Of a DNA stretch of 64,000 nucleotides, positions 11,831 through 23,967 are shown piece after piece. Made by a program: the position numbers and the translations under genes. The notes under the pieces are model-generated. The model searched no databases and had not been told where the DNA came from. It saw only the letters and a list, made by a program, of their open reading frames with translations. Location of the stretch: positions 34,142,239 through 34,206,238 of the forward strand of contig NC_068990.1 in the NCBI RefSeq assembly GCF_001194135.2. Direction: 5' to 3'. This DNA comes from Octopus bimaculoides. Its lineage: Eukaryota. Position 1 is the stretch's first letter. The number at the start of each line of letters is the position of its first letter.

Positions 11831-12369
11831 GCGTAATGGAAGTTGTTTGTTTAAAAGTGAAGAGTGGGGAGGGTACAATTTGCATGGGTTTGTATGAGAG
11901 GGCTTTCTTTTCTTAAGAAGGATCACAAGCTATGTATTGTTTCATCGTATAAAAGGGGGTTCATACGATTTTGCTCAGAAATCACGTTTTCAAAATTTTA
12001 ATTTTCCTCGTCCCCACCGCAATTTCTCAATTTTTAACTTTATTCGATTTAATTTTATCGACGTAGAAATATACAGAGATTACGAATCTGGAAAATAGAT
12101 ATAATTTTTAAAAGTTTAATTTTTTCTTAAAGAGACACTCAATGTCCCTTCTCCCACCCGCTTTCAAAAGGCTAAAATCTCCCAATGTTTCACTTTCAGT
12201 TAATGTTTCACGCATGCATAGAATTGTACTAAAATAGCAGACGTAAAAAAAAAAAAAAAAGCTTTTTGGAAATCGAGGAAGTTTCTTTAGAAATAATGTC
12301 ATTTACTTATTGTTTCTAGCATGTTGGGTTTTCTGGTGGTGGTCTGGTATTTTTTACGTCGCAGTTGAG

Positions 12370-12563
12370 CTGCTAGATGCAGGAGGAAAGAGTGAGAGAA
12401 ATTTGTGGTGAAAGAGTCAGCAGAAGTTCGCCATTACCTTCTGCCAGAGCTGTGTGGAGTTTAGGTGTTTCGCTCATAAACACACACATCGCCCGGTCTG
12501 AGATTTGAACCCGCGATCCCTCAACCACAAATCCGCTGCTCTAATCACTAGGCCATATACCTC
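12370..12563 (-). mobile_element. SINE-D, 5' part
   Basis: Homologous to the head of 27205-27588. Confidence 0.75.
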
Positions 12564-13829
12564 CGCTAGCAGTCGAATTTACGCAGAAAAAATACACAAA
12601 TAAAAGTTATATACTTACTGGAAAGATCTAACATAAATGTTTGTATATAATAAAGAACAATATAGCAACAATTTACGTATAACCATAGAATTATTACATT
12701 GGACATATTAAATGAAGCAAATAACGGGTTCAAGTTTTGGCACAAGACCAACGATTTTAGAGGAGGAGTAAGTCAGTTACATCAACTAGTGTCCAACTGG
12801 CGTCAGTCTAATGACTAGGTTGGTTTGTTTACACCCACTCCCGTAACTTAGCGGTTCAGCAAAAAAACCGTTAAAATATGTACCGGGCTTTAAAAATGAT
12901 AAGTACTGAGATCAATTTGTTTGACTGAACCCCAGCACCACCTTAAACAGTTAAGTCGAACGAGTTTCAGCCAGTTAAGCCATTATCGGGTAGTCCAATG
13001 ATGGCTTAGCTGATTGGAACTTCGAAATTACTGTCAATGCTATTCTTGTTAAAGAATTATATATATATATATATATTGAAACGAAAGCTCGATCTACATT
13101 CGTTTCCTAACTATTCTAACACGCGATATAATAAGCTAAGGGGAAATACAAAAATCGTTCAATATTTTACATTAAATCTAAGAAAAGTACTGTACTCTAG
13201 ACCTTTATTAATATGCCAAACATATATATGCATTTTCAATTTTTTAGTTTAAAGATGCTTTTATCGATAAAATATAACTGTCTTCTTTGGTATTTAATTT
13301 TGTGATTGCAAAGACAGCAGTATGCAAAAAGGCTGCACTTTCCCCGCATCATCGTTATATTCAGTTATATACACTCGTAGCTTCAAGTCAAAGGGGTTGA
13401 GTTCAAATTGCACTGGTCAGTTATTGATTCTGACAAACCTTACCAAGGAACAGATCAAAGGTGATCGATTATGCTTACGTAATGCACTTGCCATTCTTAT
13501 GGGCTGATAATCGGCATCCACTTAATGAGCGAAACGAATTAGTTATTAATTGTAGGCATCAGATAAAGTGGTTATTCCGAAACTGCATTACGCAGAATTA
13601 ATAATTATCTGTTTACCAATAATAGATTGAACATACGCTGCTGTATGTAATCCTTCCACACGTGATGTGTGTGTGTATATATATATATATATGTATATTT
13701 GCGGAGATTTCAAGCTTCCATAATTTATTTCTTCGACTTCTGACCTTTCACTTATTATTTAAAATATCTTGTAGCTATCTTACTTTTGAATCCAGTAACA
13801 AATGGCTAATTTCGAACTATGCAGCATTT

Positions 13830-14004
13830 ATTTTATCTTGTGACGGTTTCAGTCATTGGACTACGGCCATGCTGGGTCACTTCCTTGAAGGGTTTAGTCG
13901 AAGAAATTGAACCTAATACTTTCTTTTAAAGCCCGGTACTTATTCTATCGTTCTTTTTTGCCGAACCTCTAAGTTACGGGAATGTCAACAAACCAAAACA
14001 CGCC
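13830..14004 (-). mobile_element. SINE-A 3' part, cut by an assembly gap
   Basis: Reverse complement of the SINE-A tail. Confidence 0.75.
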
Positions 14005-14699
14005 NNNNNNNNNNNNNNNNNNNNNNNNNNNNNNNNNNNNNNNNNNNNNNNNNNNNNNNNNNNNNNNNNNNNNNNNNNNNNNNNNNNNNNNNNNNNNNNN
14101 NNNNNNNNNNNNNNNNNNNNNNNNNNNNNNNNNNNNNNNNNNNNNNNNNNNNNNNNNNNNNNNNNNNNNNNNNNNNNNNNNNNNNNNNNNNNNNNNNNNN
14201 NNNNNNNNNNNNNNNNNNNNNNNNNNNNNNNNNNNNNNNNNNNNNNNNNNNNNNNNNNNNNNNNNNNNNNNNNNNNNNNNNNNNNNNNNNNNNNNNNNNN
14301 NNNNNNNNNNNNNNNNNNNNNNNNNNNNNNNNNNNNNNNNNNNNNNNNNNNNNNNNNNNNNNNNNNNNNNNNNNNNNNNNNNNNNNNNNNNNNNNNNNNN
14401 NNNNNNNNNNNNNNNNNNNNNNNNNNNNNNNNNNNNNNNNNNNNNNNNNNNNNNNNNNNNNNNNNNNNNNNNNNNNNNNNNNNNNNNNNNNNNNNNNNNN
14501 NNNNNNNNNNNNNNNNNNNNNNAGACTGAAAAAAAAAATTCTAAAAAAAGTTTAAAATTTAAAATTTGAGGAGGTGATGTTTGGGGGTGGGGTAAAATTT
14601 TCAAAAAGTATATATATTTTTTGCTTAGCATATTCGTAAACTAAAACCTAGGAATCCGAGGTAATTATTTTTAAAAAAATGCATTTTTGAACTGGTCAT

Positions 14700-16214
14700 T
14701 CAGTACCTCACTGATCTTGGTTGAACTGTCTGAGGAAGCCATCCTTTTGGAAGAGGGGTCCTATTTTGCAGCGTACTGAGGCTGTTTCTTTGGCATAATG
14801 AACGAAGGCCTTTGACAATGCTTTTTATAACTCAGGCTTCTTTATCTGCATAGGATTGTTGCAGACTTTTTTCTATCTCCTTCAGTGTTGTTTTTAGGCC
14901 AGACCTTTCGCTACTTTTAGAATGTTGGTTGAGGCGATTTACAACATACATTACGAGAGAGATAAGATACGCCACTGTGGAGGTGCGCTTCACAACGGAG
15001 GAGGAAGCAATAAAGCACTCCACAGAGGCAATAAGGACAGACAAATGGGTGATGTTGCCTTCGTACTGCGGCAAACGTGTGGCCAAGGTGCGAGTGGGTA
15101 AGGTACCACCCGAATTGAAAGAAGAATGGCTGATGACAGCCATAACGTATAATATGAAAGATGGGAAGATTCTGAAGGCTACAAGGACCCAGAAGTTAGA
15201 TTACTGGGGATATAGTATCGAATTAACGATTCAGGCAACAACAGAGGACTTGAATAGTGTGGTGGATGAGATTGTGCTGCTAGAAGATGTGAAGCTGAGA
15301 GCTATTGTGGAGGGTAGGCCACCAGTGTGTTTCACATGTGGAGAAAGGGGCCACATGAAGGCACGGTGCACCCAAAGAAAGCTACAAACAGAACAGGAGG
15401 AGAGACAGTAGAGTGTGGACCAGGTAGTATAGGGCAAGGCAACATAAACAGTAAAAGAAGCGGAGAAGGGATTCACTATGGTTAAAAAAAAAGGAGGAGG
15501 AGCAGAGGAATGCGTTCTCCGCCAGAGGAGCAAAAACAGGAGAGAGAAGAGGTGAGAAAAGAAACTGTGAAGGAGGGCAGTAGGAAGTAAAAAGAAAGTG
15601 GAGTTACCAGTGGAGAAAGAGTCGGAAACCCAACTGTATGAAGGTGAGATGGAGAGACTATTTATGGAGGAAGAAAAGAGAGAACCAAAAGTCCAAGAGA
15701 AAGGAAAGAAGATACGAGGAGGAGAGGGAGTATGGTATTATGTAACGTACCCCAAAAATGTTGAAACAGAGAAAAAGATAATCAAGTTACACTCAATAGT
15801 AAGAGTGGAGGTGCCTTCATACGTCTACGCGGAGGATATGAAGGCAATATTGATAGAAGAGGAAAACTACAGAAAATTGAAAGAGGTGTGGAGATAACAT
15901 TTACCTGCCAGGAGTGGAGGTGGAATTTAAAGAGTTGCCACCGTGGTGGATTTAAGAGATATCGAACCACTAATGAAGTTCTACTAAAGACAAAAAAAGT
16001 ATGAAATTAAAGGAAAAAAAAAAGAACAATTGTAAATAGTACATATAACGGTTTAAATGGTACTGCATGAGAGTGGGCCCCATGCGTCCTTTTTCATTTT
16101 TATATAACTTTCATTTCATTTACATTCATTTTAAGTTTTTTGTCCCCACTGTGGTCTTGTCTGTCCTTGTGGTGTCCCCATCTGTGTTTGGGGCTTTATG
16201 CCTAATAAAGAAAT
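14700..16214 (+). mobile_element. Tx1/L1-clade element 1: decayed ORF1 followed directly by 3'UTR and tail, no ORF2 (HAL1-like)
   Basis: ORF 14929-15411 has a CCHC knuckle (CFTCGERGHMKARC) and is homologous to the element 2 ORF1; the frame continues past stops (EKGFTMVKKKG); further ORF at 15598-15897; 3' tail ends aataaagaaat at 16214. The 5' boundary is approximate. Confidence 0.7.
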
Positions 16215-16435
16215 CGGTATTGTGACTTGTGAATAATTGAGAATAATTCTGTGGTGTTTTTTTTTTTTTGCTTGTAGGTATAGTTGAAATTGTTGTATCT
16301 GAATTCTTTCCTTGTGTTGTTATTAATAGCGTTCTGTGTATGGCCGACAGTGTGAACTTTTATACCCCTCTGTGAGGTGGGGAATTATCCATTTTTGTTG
16401 CGTATTCCCACAAATCTTGTTAAATTTTGTTTAAA

Positions 16436-18828
16436 ATGAATACTTCCTCTGCAGAGTAAAAAAAACAACTGTGAAATGTTAAGTATGCCAACAGCAGACA
16501 AACTTGTTGAACCGCCAGATAAAGATAAATTTTGCAGCTGCGGCTGGAGTGAAAAAAGAAAATTTATGTGTAGATCGAAGTATGCAAATGCAGCACCAAA
16601 ACATGTTTTCGAAGGAGGAGTACGACGTAAAAGCCACCCTCCCGAGTGAAATCAAAGAGGAAACCGCAAAAAAAAAAAAAAGTCGTATTTAAAACTGGTA
16701 ATAAAGGAAAAGAAACTCGACAAAGCACCAAAAGAAGAAATACAAAAATGCCTGCAATCTGGCAGGACATAGAATACCTGACCAGAGGGAAACGCTTTGC
16801 CAATGTAGTAGTTTATTTCAAAAGCGAAGAGAAGGCCAAAACACACTCAGTGCAACCTTTGAGAACCACAGACATTGTGTTGCTGCTAACATACTTAGGA
16901 AGGCGCACATCAATAATCACAACAGAAGAGATCCTGCCAGAAATGAACTCGTAGCCGTACTAATGGGGCTCGAAGAAGAAATAACGATATTAGAGGCCTC
17001 AAAATTCCACCAGCAGAACTGGAAGGGGCAAGGCCTCGAGGTCACCATCCAAGCGGTGCCACAGACCCTGGAAAAGATCATGGAAAATATACACCTCGGA
17101 GAAGAAACCACCTTACGGGCAATGGTGGAGGGAAGAAAACCCCGGTGCTTCGAATGTGGAGAGAAGGGCCACATTCGGGCAAACTGTCCTACCCGTAAGG
17201 TGGAGACGGCCCAAATAACTCTTGAGCCATTACTGCGGGAATTGAGCGACATTCCGAGACAGACAAGTTGTGGAGAATCGGTTTCAGCGTACGCGGACGA
17301 CATCACCACATCGTAACCGAAATGGATCACCTACAGAGGGTAGGCAAAGCCATTGAGGAATACGAGACGGTGGCAGGAGCAAAGGTTAATCGTGAAAAGT
17401 CAGACGGCTTGCAGCTCGGCACCTGGAAAGGCAAGTCGATGCCTCTTGACAGCGCCTTGGGACGTTGGACGGAGGGTCCGATTAAGTTGCTAGGAGTCCG
17501 GTTTGGACCAGGTCTCCGAACAGAGAAGAACTGGGACGAGGTAGCGAGAAGGGTGGCCCACATAGCCAAGACCTGGTCTTGGCAGTGGCTATCTCTGAAA
17601 GGGAGGAAGGAGGTGGCCAATGTGTTCATCGCATCGGTCATCACCTACCGCCTAACCGTCGTTCCCTGCCCTGATTCGTGGTTGAGCAGGCTGGAAAGAC
17701 AGCTCTTCTGCTTCTTGTGGAAGGGCTCGAATCCTCTTGTTAGACGCTCTATTTGCTGCCAACAACCGTTAAAGGGTGGGTTAAGGATGCCTTGGCTGAT
17801 GATGCGCAGGCACGCGCTGAGGTTGAAGCATCTGTGGCTCCATCTGGATGGTGATCGAGTGTGGTCTCCACTGGCGAAACAGATGTTTCCCAAGTTCACT
17901 TGTTTCGGTGAACTGGAAACCTGGTTCTATCGTAGATCGAAGTTAGATGCATGCTTTACGGAGTGTCGTAAGGCTCTCCGGATATTCCATCTCTCGGGCA
18001 ATGCCTGTGGTAGTGGTTCTACCACATTCTTCTATAGAGGGTTCGTAGAAGCGAAATGTGACGATGCCTTGGGGGAAGCCCTAGGTCTCGATGATAACCA
18101 GCTGGCCAATCTGTTCCAACGTACATTCGGGCCGAAGACACTGGATAACTTTAAAAAATTTTTGGCATGGCAATGTTACTGAGGAGCCCTACCTGTCCAA
18201 GATGTGGGCGGGACAGGGAAACTGTCCCGCACGCTATTGTTCAGTGTTCGGAAGTGTCATATATGTGGGTTTATGCCGAACAATTGTTGTCAATTACTGG
18301 AAGAGTACAGCTATCGACTGAATCAGTAGAAAAATTGACCCACAGGATTTTCTATCGAAAGAAGGTAAGAATTGCTTTCTCATAGAAATTGCAATTGCGA
18401 GAGAGGTGATTTGGAAGACGCGAGTGAAAGGGTTAATAAAAGGCACTTTTATCTCTGGCCCTGGCTTGGTGAATTTCTTCACCTTCATCCTAAGAAGGAA
18501 AATAGGGTTAGAGAGAAAATGCCTGTCCACGAAAATGTTTCAAGATCGATGGAAGAATGTCGCACGAATGTTGCGTATAGATGGGACCGCATGAATACAA
18601 CGCAGGATAAACTTAAAGCATCAGTGGTAAGGCGGGGCTCGTAGGGTCCGAGCATATCCCGTTTCTCCACTCTATTCTGTAATATTGTCCTGTATATGTT
18701 ATCATCCGAACTATTTATATTTACGTAAAATTTTAAAATTCATTTTTGTGTTAATTCATACGTTAAATCTGACCCAATATCAAATTGTACTGTCCCCTCT
18801 TTGTTGTCCTCTTGTGGGAAATAAAAAA
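16436..18828 (+). mobile_element. Tx1/L1-clade LINE element 2 with internal deletion (ORF1 joined to the distal half of RT)
   Basis: ORF1 knuckle CFECGEKGHIRANC; LEPLLREL...SAYADDIT; RT thumb (GAKVNREKS, KLLGVRF, LSLKGRKEVAN); C-terminal CPRCGRDRETVPHAIVQC; A-rich tail. No APE domain is visible. The 5' boundary is approximate. Confidence 0.9.
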
Positions 18829-18830
18829 TT

Positions 18831-19118
18831 TGCGAAATGCTTACCGGTATTGTGTCTGTCTTTATGTTCTGAGTTCAAATTCCGTCGAGGTCGACTTTGC
18901 CTTTCATCCTTGTGCTTGGAGTAGAAAATAATCGTTAGCACGCTGAACGAAATGCCTAGCAGTATTTCATCCGTCTCCACATTCTGAGTTCAAATTCTGC
19001 CGAGGTCGACTTTGCCTTTCATCCTCTTGGAGTCGATAAATCAAGTACCAGTGAAGCACTAAGTCGATGTAATCGACTAGTCCCCTGCCTTCAAATTTCA
19101 GGCTTTGTGTCCTCAGCA
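18831..19118 (+). mobile_element. Two head-to-tail SINE-B copies abutting the Tx1 tail
   Basis: ttctgagttcaaatt...gaggtcgactttgcctttcatcc occurs twice; junction near 18930. Confidence 0.85.
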
Positions 19119-19298
19119 GAAACGATTATTTATTGTCTTTTTTTTTTGTTTTTGTTTTTAGATTTAATTTTTTTTTAATTTCAGCTTTTTTGCTATTGTA
19201 TTCTAACATAAGTCTTAGCGTTTGGTTCTTCGCGAAACAATTATTGATAGGATTCTTGTATAGGAAACCGATAATTAATTCTAACTTGCCAAGTCTAT

Positions 19299-19776
19299 CC
19301 AATTTACATCGCCATATTAAAATGACGTCATAGTCACATGACATGTCTACAGGTACTTCAATATAAAAGAAGCTTAACAGAGAACTCCCCCCCAACCGAA
19401 TCATATCACCTATTATAATTTAAGAAATTTTTTTTACTAAGCCCACAATCACCTACAAGTATAATCTTAAAAATAGCTTATTCAAAATATGAACAGGAAT
19501 ATATTTTACAAAAGAAAGACAAGGAAAAAAGATGGGAGAAAGAAAAAACCACAACAAATGTTTTTATTGGGTTTAGGTTCATTCTATTAGTGTATCATTA
19601 CTAGCAAGCTTGCTTGCAATGTTTCACCGGGGAAACATTTATAGAACTGATTTGCTTCTGGTCGATCTGTAACATGGCGAATAAAGAGATACTAAGAAAA
19701 AAATTTGTAATGTATAGATCTAAGCATGTGGTGTTTCAAATGTATCGGTAGAGTGAAATGTCACCTTTCAGTAAGT
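19299..19776 (+). promoter_or_regulatory. Pol II promoter-like cluster and putative first exon
   Basis: CCAAT 19299-19303, CRE TGACGTCA 19323-19330, GTCACATGAC 19333-19342, TATAAAAG 19362-19369; donor-like TCA|GTAAGT at 19771. Confidence 0.45.
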
Positions 19777-19849
19777 AAATTAATATCCGAAATGCTGCAG
19801 TATGTATTGTGTTGTCACTACATTTCGTGCATTTGATACAACTCAATGC

Positions 19850-20293
19850 TGTAGTTTTTGTTCTTTGTTTTCAATAATCTGTTATTCTTTACACGTTGCT
19901 TTCTTTTTTACTTATCTGTTGGTTTCGTTTTGACTCATCTTGTTTTATACCACTTATTTTTTATCATTCATCATCTACTCACCTTTATTTTGGTTTTTAC
20001 TGTTATTTTCTTATGTCGTTTTTGTTTCTTCATCTCTGTATTTTATTTACAGGGGTTTATTATTGTTTTTGCTGTTTTAATTTTCCATTTATATATATAC
20101 ATATTTTTTTTCTCATTTTTTCCCCCTTGTTTCTCTCCATTTTTTTTTCGCTCCTTGTTTCTTTCTGTGTTCCTTTCAGTTAAAGAGCGTAGCTCGAAAC
20201 GTCAAAGACTCTCTATTCCCGAACGTTAAACTAATACATCCATTTGTTGTTTACACCACCTGTCTTCGTCTGTTGTTTTTTTCGTAAATTCTC

Positions 20294-20295
<2 letters not shown>
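19850..20295. mobile_element. Penelope-like element terminal remnant
   Basis: Pyrimidine-rich tract followed by aagagcgtagctcgaaacgtc, resembling the PLE pseudo-LTR motif (GA.GA...CGAAACGT). Confidence 0.5.
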
Positions 20296-20331
<36 letters not shown>

Positions 20332-20769
20332 CGCCAGTGGATCAAAAATCCACATTTTACGTAAGAAGCACATTCTAAACGCTAGTGCAGTAATGTATTT
20401 ACATGAAATTAGATATATGCTTGGTCATAGAATGACCAATGGTTTCACATCTATAGGGCACTTAGCATTGTAGGCGACTCGTCAGACTCTATTGGACACA
20501 CACACACATTATCAACGCTTGTTTATATTTTTTCTCTCTATATTTTTTAAGGTTTCTCCTTGACTAGCGTATAATAACTGCTTTCATCTATTAAAAATTA
20601 CCTAATTACTCCTGAAATTGTTTCTGCTTTGTTTGAGCATGATTCTTTGTTATATAAGGCAAGTATTGTCGACCGGGTTAATATTTGGATATTTTTCATC
20701 TGATGAAAATCATCCGTGAAAGATAATTGAAATGTGCATAATGAAATTCAGGAAATATTGGTTTCAAAT

Positions 20770-20945
20770 TTTGGCACAAGGCCAGCAATTTGGGGATGGG
20801 GGTGCTCAACCGGTGCTTATTTTATCGACTCCAAAAGGATGGAAGCTAAAACCGACCTCGGCGGAATTTGAACTCAGAACGTAGAGACGAAATACCACTA
20901 AGCATTTTGTTCACTGTGCTAACGATTCTGCCAGTTCGCCGCCTT
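20770..20945 (-). mobile_element. SINE-B
   Basis: gacctcggcggaatttgaactcagaac...gctaacgattctgccagttcgcc. Confidence 0.8.
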
Positions 20946-21127
20946 AAACTTTGGAAACATCATTAAATTGGTTTTCTGTCTCTTATTACCATGTTACAGC
21001 TTGACTCCCCAGTCATAGCATTCTATATAATGCTTTATACGAGTATCTGAAATTAATGTAGTTTGAATATCGATCCCTGAGTCCCATGATAAAATGTTGG
21101 GCATTTTGGGGTATCACTTAGTATATA

Positions 21128-21552
21128 CCGTAAATCTTCGAGTATAATCCGCACTTTTTCCCCAAAATTTAATGGTCAAAATTTCTAGTGCGTACTATAT
21201 ACGAGGTTAAAAATGAAAAATATTTTCTAAGCAAAATTTTCTAAGTCATAAATATGTAAAGGCAATTTACTTAATATTTATTTTTCACTGACGTTAGTAC
21301 TGTTATTTCTTTATTTTCTGCAAACAAAGTGCACAAAAAAGCTTCATGTTTGCGTTATGTTATATATACAATAATAATAAAGGACGTAACCGTATATACG
21401 ATTACAAACCAAGGACGTTACATAGACCTCCTTGACTCAAGTTAGAGAAGGGGTTCGTATTATACACAAGGCTTAGGTTTTTCTGAGGTACAGCCCCCTA
21501 AAAATCCCCTGCGTATTATGCTCAAGGGTAGACTATACTCTAGGATTTACGG
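21128..21552. mobile_element. Tc1/mariner-superfamily MITE (Tc2/pogo-like)
   Basis: TIR ccgtaaatcttcgagtataatc / gactatactctaggatttacgg, flanked by TA on both sides. Confidence 0.8.
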
Positions 21553-22141
21553 TATATATATATATATATATATATATAAATATATAAAACAAATAGTAAA
21601 TGAGTATATGCATATATACGTACAGGTATGTGCATACCGACATCCACCTGTATCTATAGGTGCATATCTGGGTACAGGACATTGCAAACAAAACAGAGAC
21701 GAGAAAACACACAAGCCACATAGAGAACATTCTACTTCATCAGCTACCTCCGTTTTAACACCGACACACGTACATACATAGATGCATGCATACGTACGTG
21801 AACACGCGTGTTAGCCCACTTTTTAAAATTCAACAACTTCATAGTCCATAACATCATGTTAACACATACATTTAGAATACTCCAAATGGCAAAATATTAA
21901 ATCTCTTTATAAGGAACAGAAAGAAAAAAAAGAATGCTCCAATATCTTAATTAGAGTACTTTTCCAATGGTTTAACTATTTTCTTGCATTATTTTTTAGT
22001 TTGGAATTATATCACATGTTAGAAATACACAAGGAAAAAAAAAAAGAATGAGTATGTTTGTATACATACACATATATGCGCATGCATACATGCACACAAA
22101 TACATACAGGCAAATACACACACTGTAGTGCTTAAAATTTT

Positions 22142-22197
<56 letters not shown>

Positions 22198-22221
22198 CAC
22201 ACACACACACACACACACACA

Positions 22222-22352
22222 TTGGGTTAGGAAGGGCATCCAGCCATAGAAACCATGTCAAAGCTGGCAGCAGGATTTGGTGCAGTCTTCTGCCTTGCCA
22301 ATTCCTGTTGAACCATCCAATCCTTGCCAGCATAGAAAACAAACATTAAATA
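22222..22352 (+). mobile_element. Element E 3' fragment
   Basis: ttaggaagggcatccagc...ccagcatagaaaacaaacattaaa. Confidence 0.7.
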
Positions 22353-22949
22353 GAGATGATGTTGATGACAATACATGGTTAGATGAATGAAATGGTAGAC
22401 AGCAATTGAAAAGCCTATCATGTGCATTTGTGTGTGTGTGTGTGTATTTGCATACATGTGTGTAAATATTGTTCCCCTTGTCCTCCAAAGTAAGCAATGG
22501 CATTTTTCTTTACATTTATTATAGTTTTACCAGTTTCAGTTATTGACGTGATGATCAATGGAATGAGAAAAGAATACCTTACTTGGAAAACAGTTAAAGT
22601 TTAATGACAGGAAGCGCATCTATAGGAAGTACTGTCTCATCAGGTTTCATCCAACCCATGCCAGCGTGGAAAAACATGTAAACCCAAATGTACATTGTAT
22701 TTAGTTCAACAGTGGCTGACAACATGAATAGTTACCAAAACTATCTAGACAAACAAGCACCACAGAAAGTTGTAATTAATGCTACATATATCATTTATCT
22801 GGTACATTTGAGGCCCATTCTTTATGTATGTTTAATTCACACAGTCATAAAGTCATAGCCCCAATTACTTAATTAGTTGTTGTGCACTCTTGATAATTAA
22901 ACAAATTGCTTGAATGCACAAAAATAGTATTGATTGGTTATATAAAGTT

Positions 22950-23275
22950 AAAGACTTTGGTCATGAATAGCCATGGGATTGTTGCCTAGAAAGTTACCTT
23001 CTCAGGTTCAAGTCTGGGCAAAGTTGTTTATGGAAGACCAACACTCGCCCATGCATACCAGTCTCCCCTCTCCACGCCAATGTTATCCAAGGGAAAGGCA
23101 AAGGCCAATACAGCTCAGCACCAGTGATGCCGCAACTCATTTCTACAGCTGAGTGAACTGGAGCAATGCGAAATTAAGTGTCTTGCTCAAGAACACACCA
23201 CACAGCCCGGTCCGGGAATCAAACTCACTACCTCATGATTGTGAGCCCAATGTTCTAACCACTGAGCCATGTGCC
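22950..23275 (-). mobile_element. SINE-C
   Basis: Homologous to 10421-10751 along its length. Confidence 0.85.
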
Positions 23276-23391
23276 TTCACGCAACCATTGGTGATGTCCT
23301 GTACTTATTGTGTATGTTTTGGTATTTTATCCTGTACTTGTCTCTCGTGTGTTTACGTATTTTTCACTTTTTGATGTTGATATGTATTTTT

Positions 23392-23426
<35 letters not shown>

Positions 23427-23784
23427 TTAAGGATGTATAATGAAATGAGTTTATAAACTGAAAGTTACTGTTCTCAATAACATATCACCATCGTCTTTGT
23501 TGTCATTTCACATCCACATTTCCGTGCTTTCATCAAACAGGTGAAATTCCTTGAAGCTAATGTTCCACAGCTGGGCGCCTTTCTTGTCACCAATCCTTGG
23601 CTGTTTCCAAATAAACTAACATTTTCTCCAGTCCTTCAAACATGAACAACACAATGGCTGGACATGATTTCACAAATGATTGCAAATGAATGGCATACTT
23701 GTCTGATATTGATGTACATTTATAGCAAGTATGGGATACCAAGTCAGGAAAACACAAACACACACACACATATATATATATATG

Positions 23785-23955
23785 TGAGACTACACTCTGA
23801 GTGGTTGGCGTTAGGAAGGGCATCCAGCTGTAGAAACTCTGCCAAATTAGATTGGAGCCTGGTGTTGCCATCCGGTTTCACCAGTCCTCAGTCAAATCGT
23901 CCAACCCATGCTAGCATGGAAAGCGGACGTTAAACGATGATGATGATGATGATGA
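23785..23955 (+). mobile_element. Element E 3' part with (GAT)n tail
   Basis: gagtggttggcgttaggaagggcatccagctgtagaaac...catggaaagcggacgttaaacgatgatgatg. Confidence 0.85.
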
Positions 23956-23967
23956 TATATATATATA

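Noticed and set aside
16215-16224. cggtattgtg at 16215 and again near 18852 as a TSD of Tx1 element 2
   Set aside because: The second copy lies inside the SINE-B body more than 20 nt past the LINE tail, so the geometry does not fit a simple TSD.
19858-20229. Hydrophobic 123-aa ORF resembling a membrane protein
   Set aside because: A T-rich low-complexity tract of a Penelope-like remnant gives Phe/Leu by composition.
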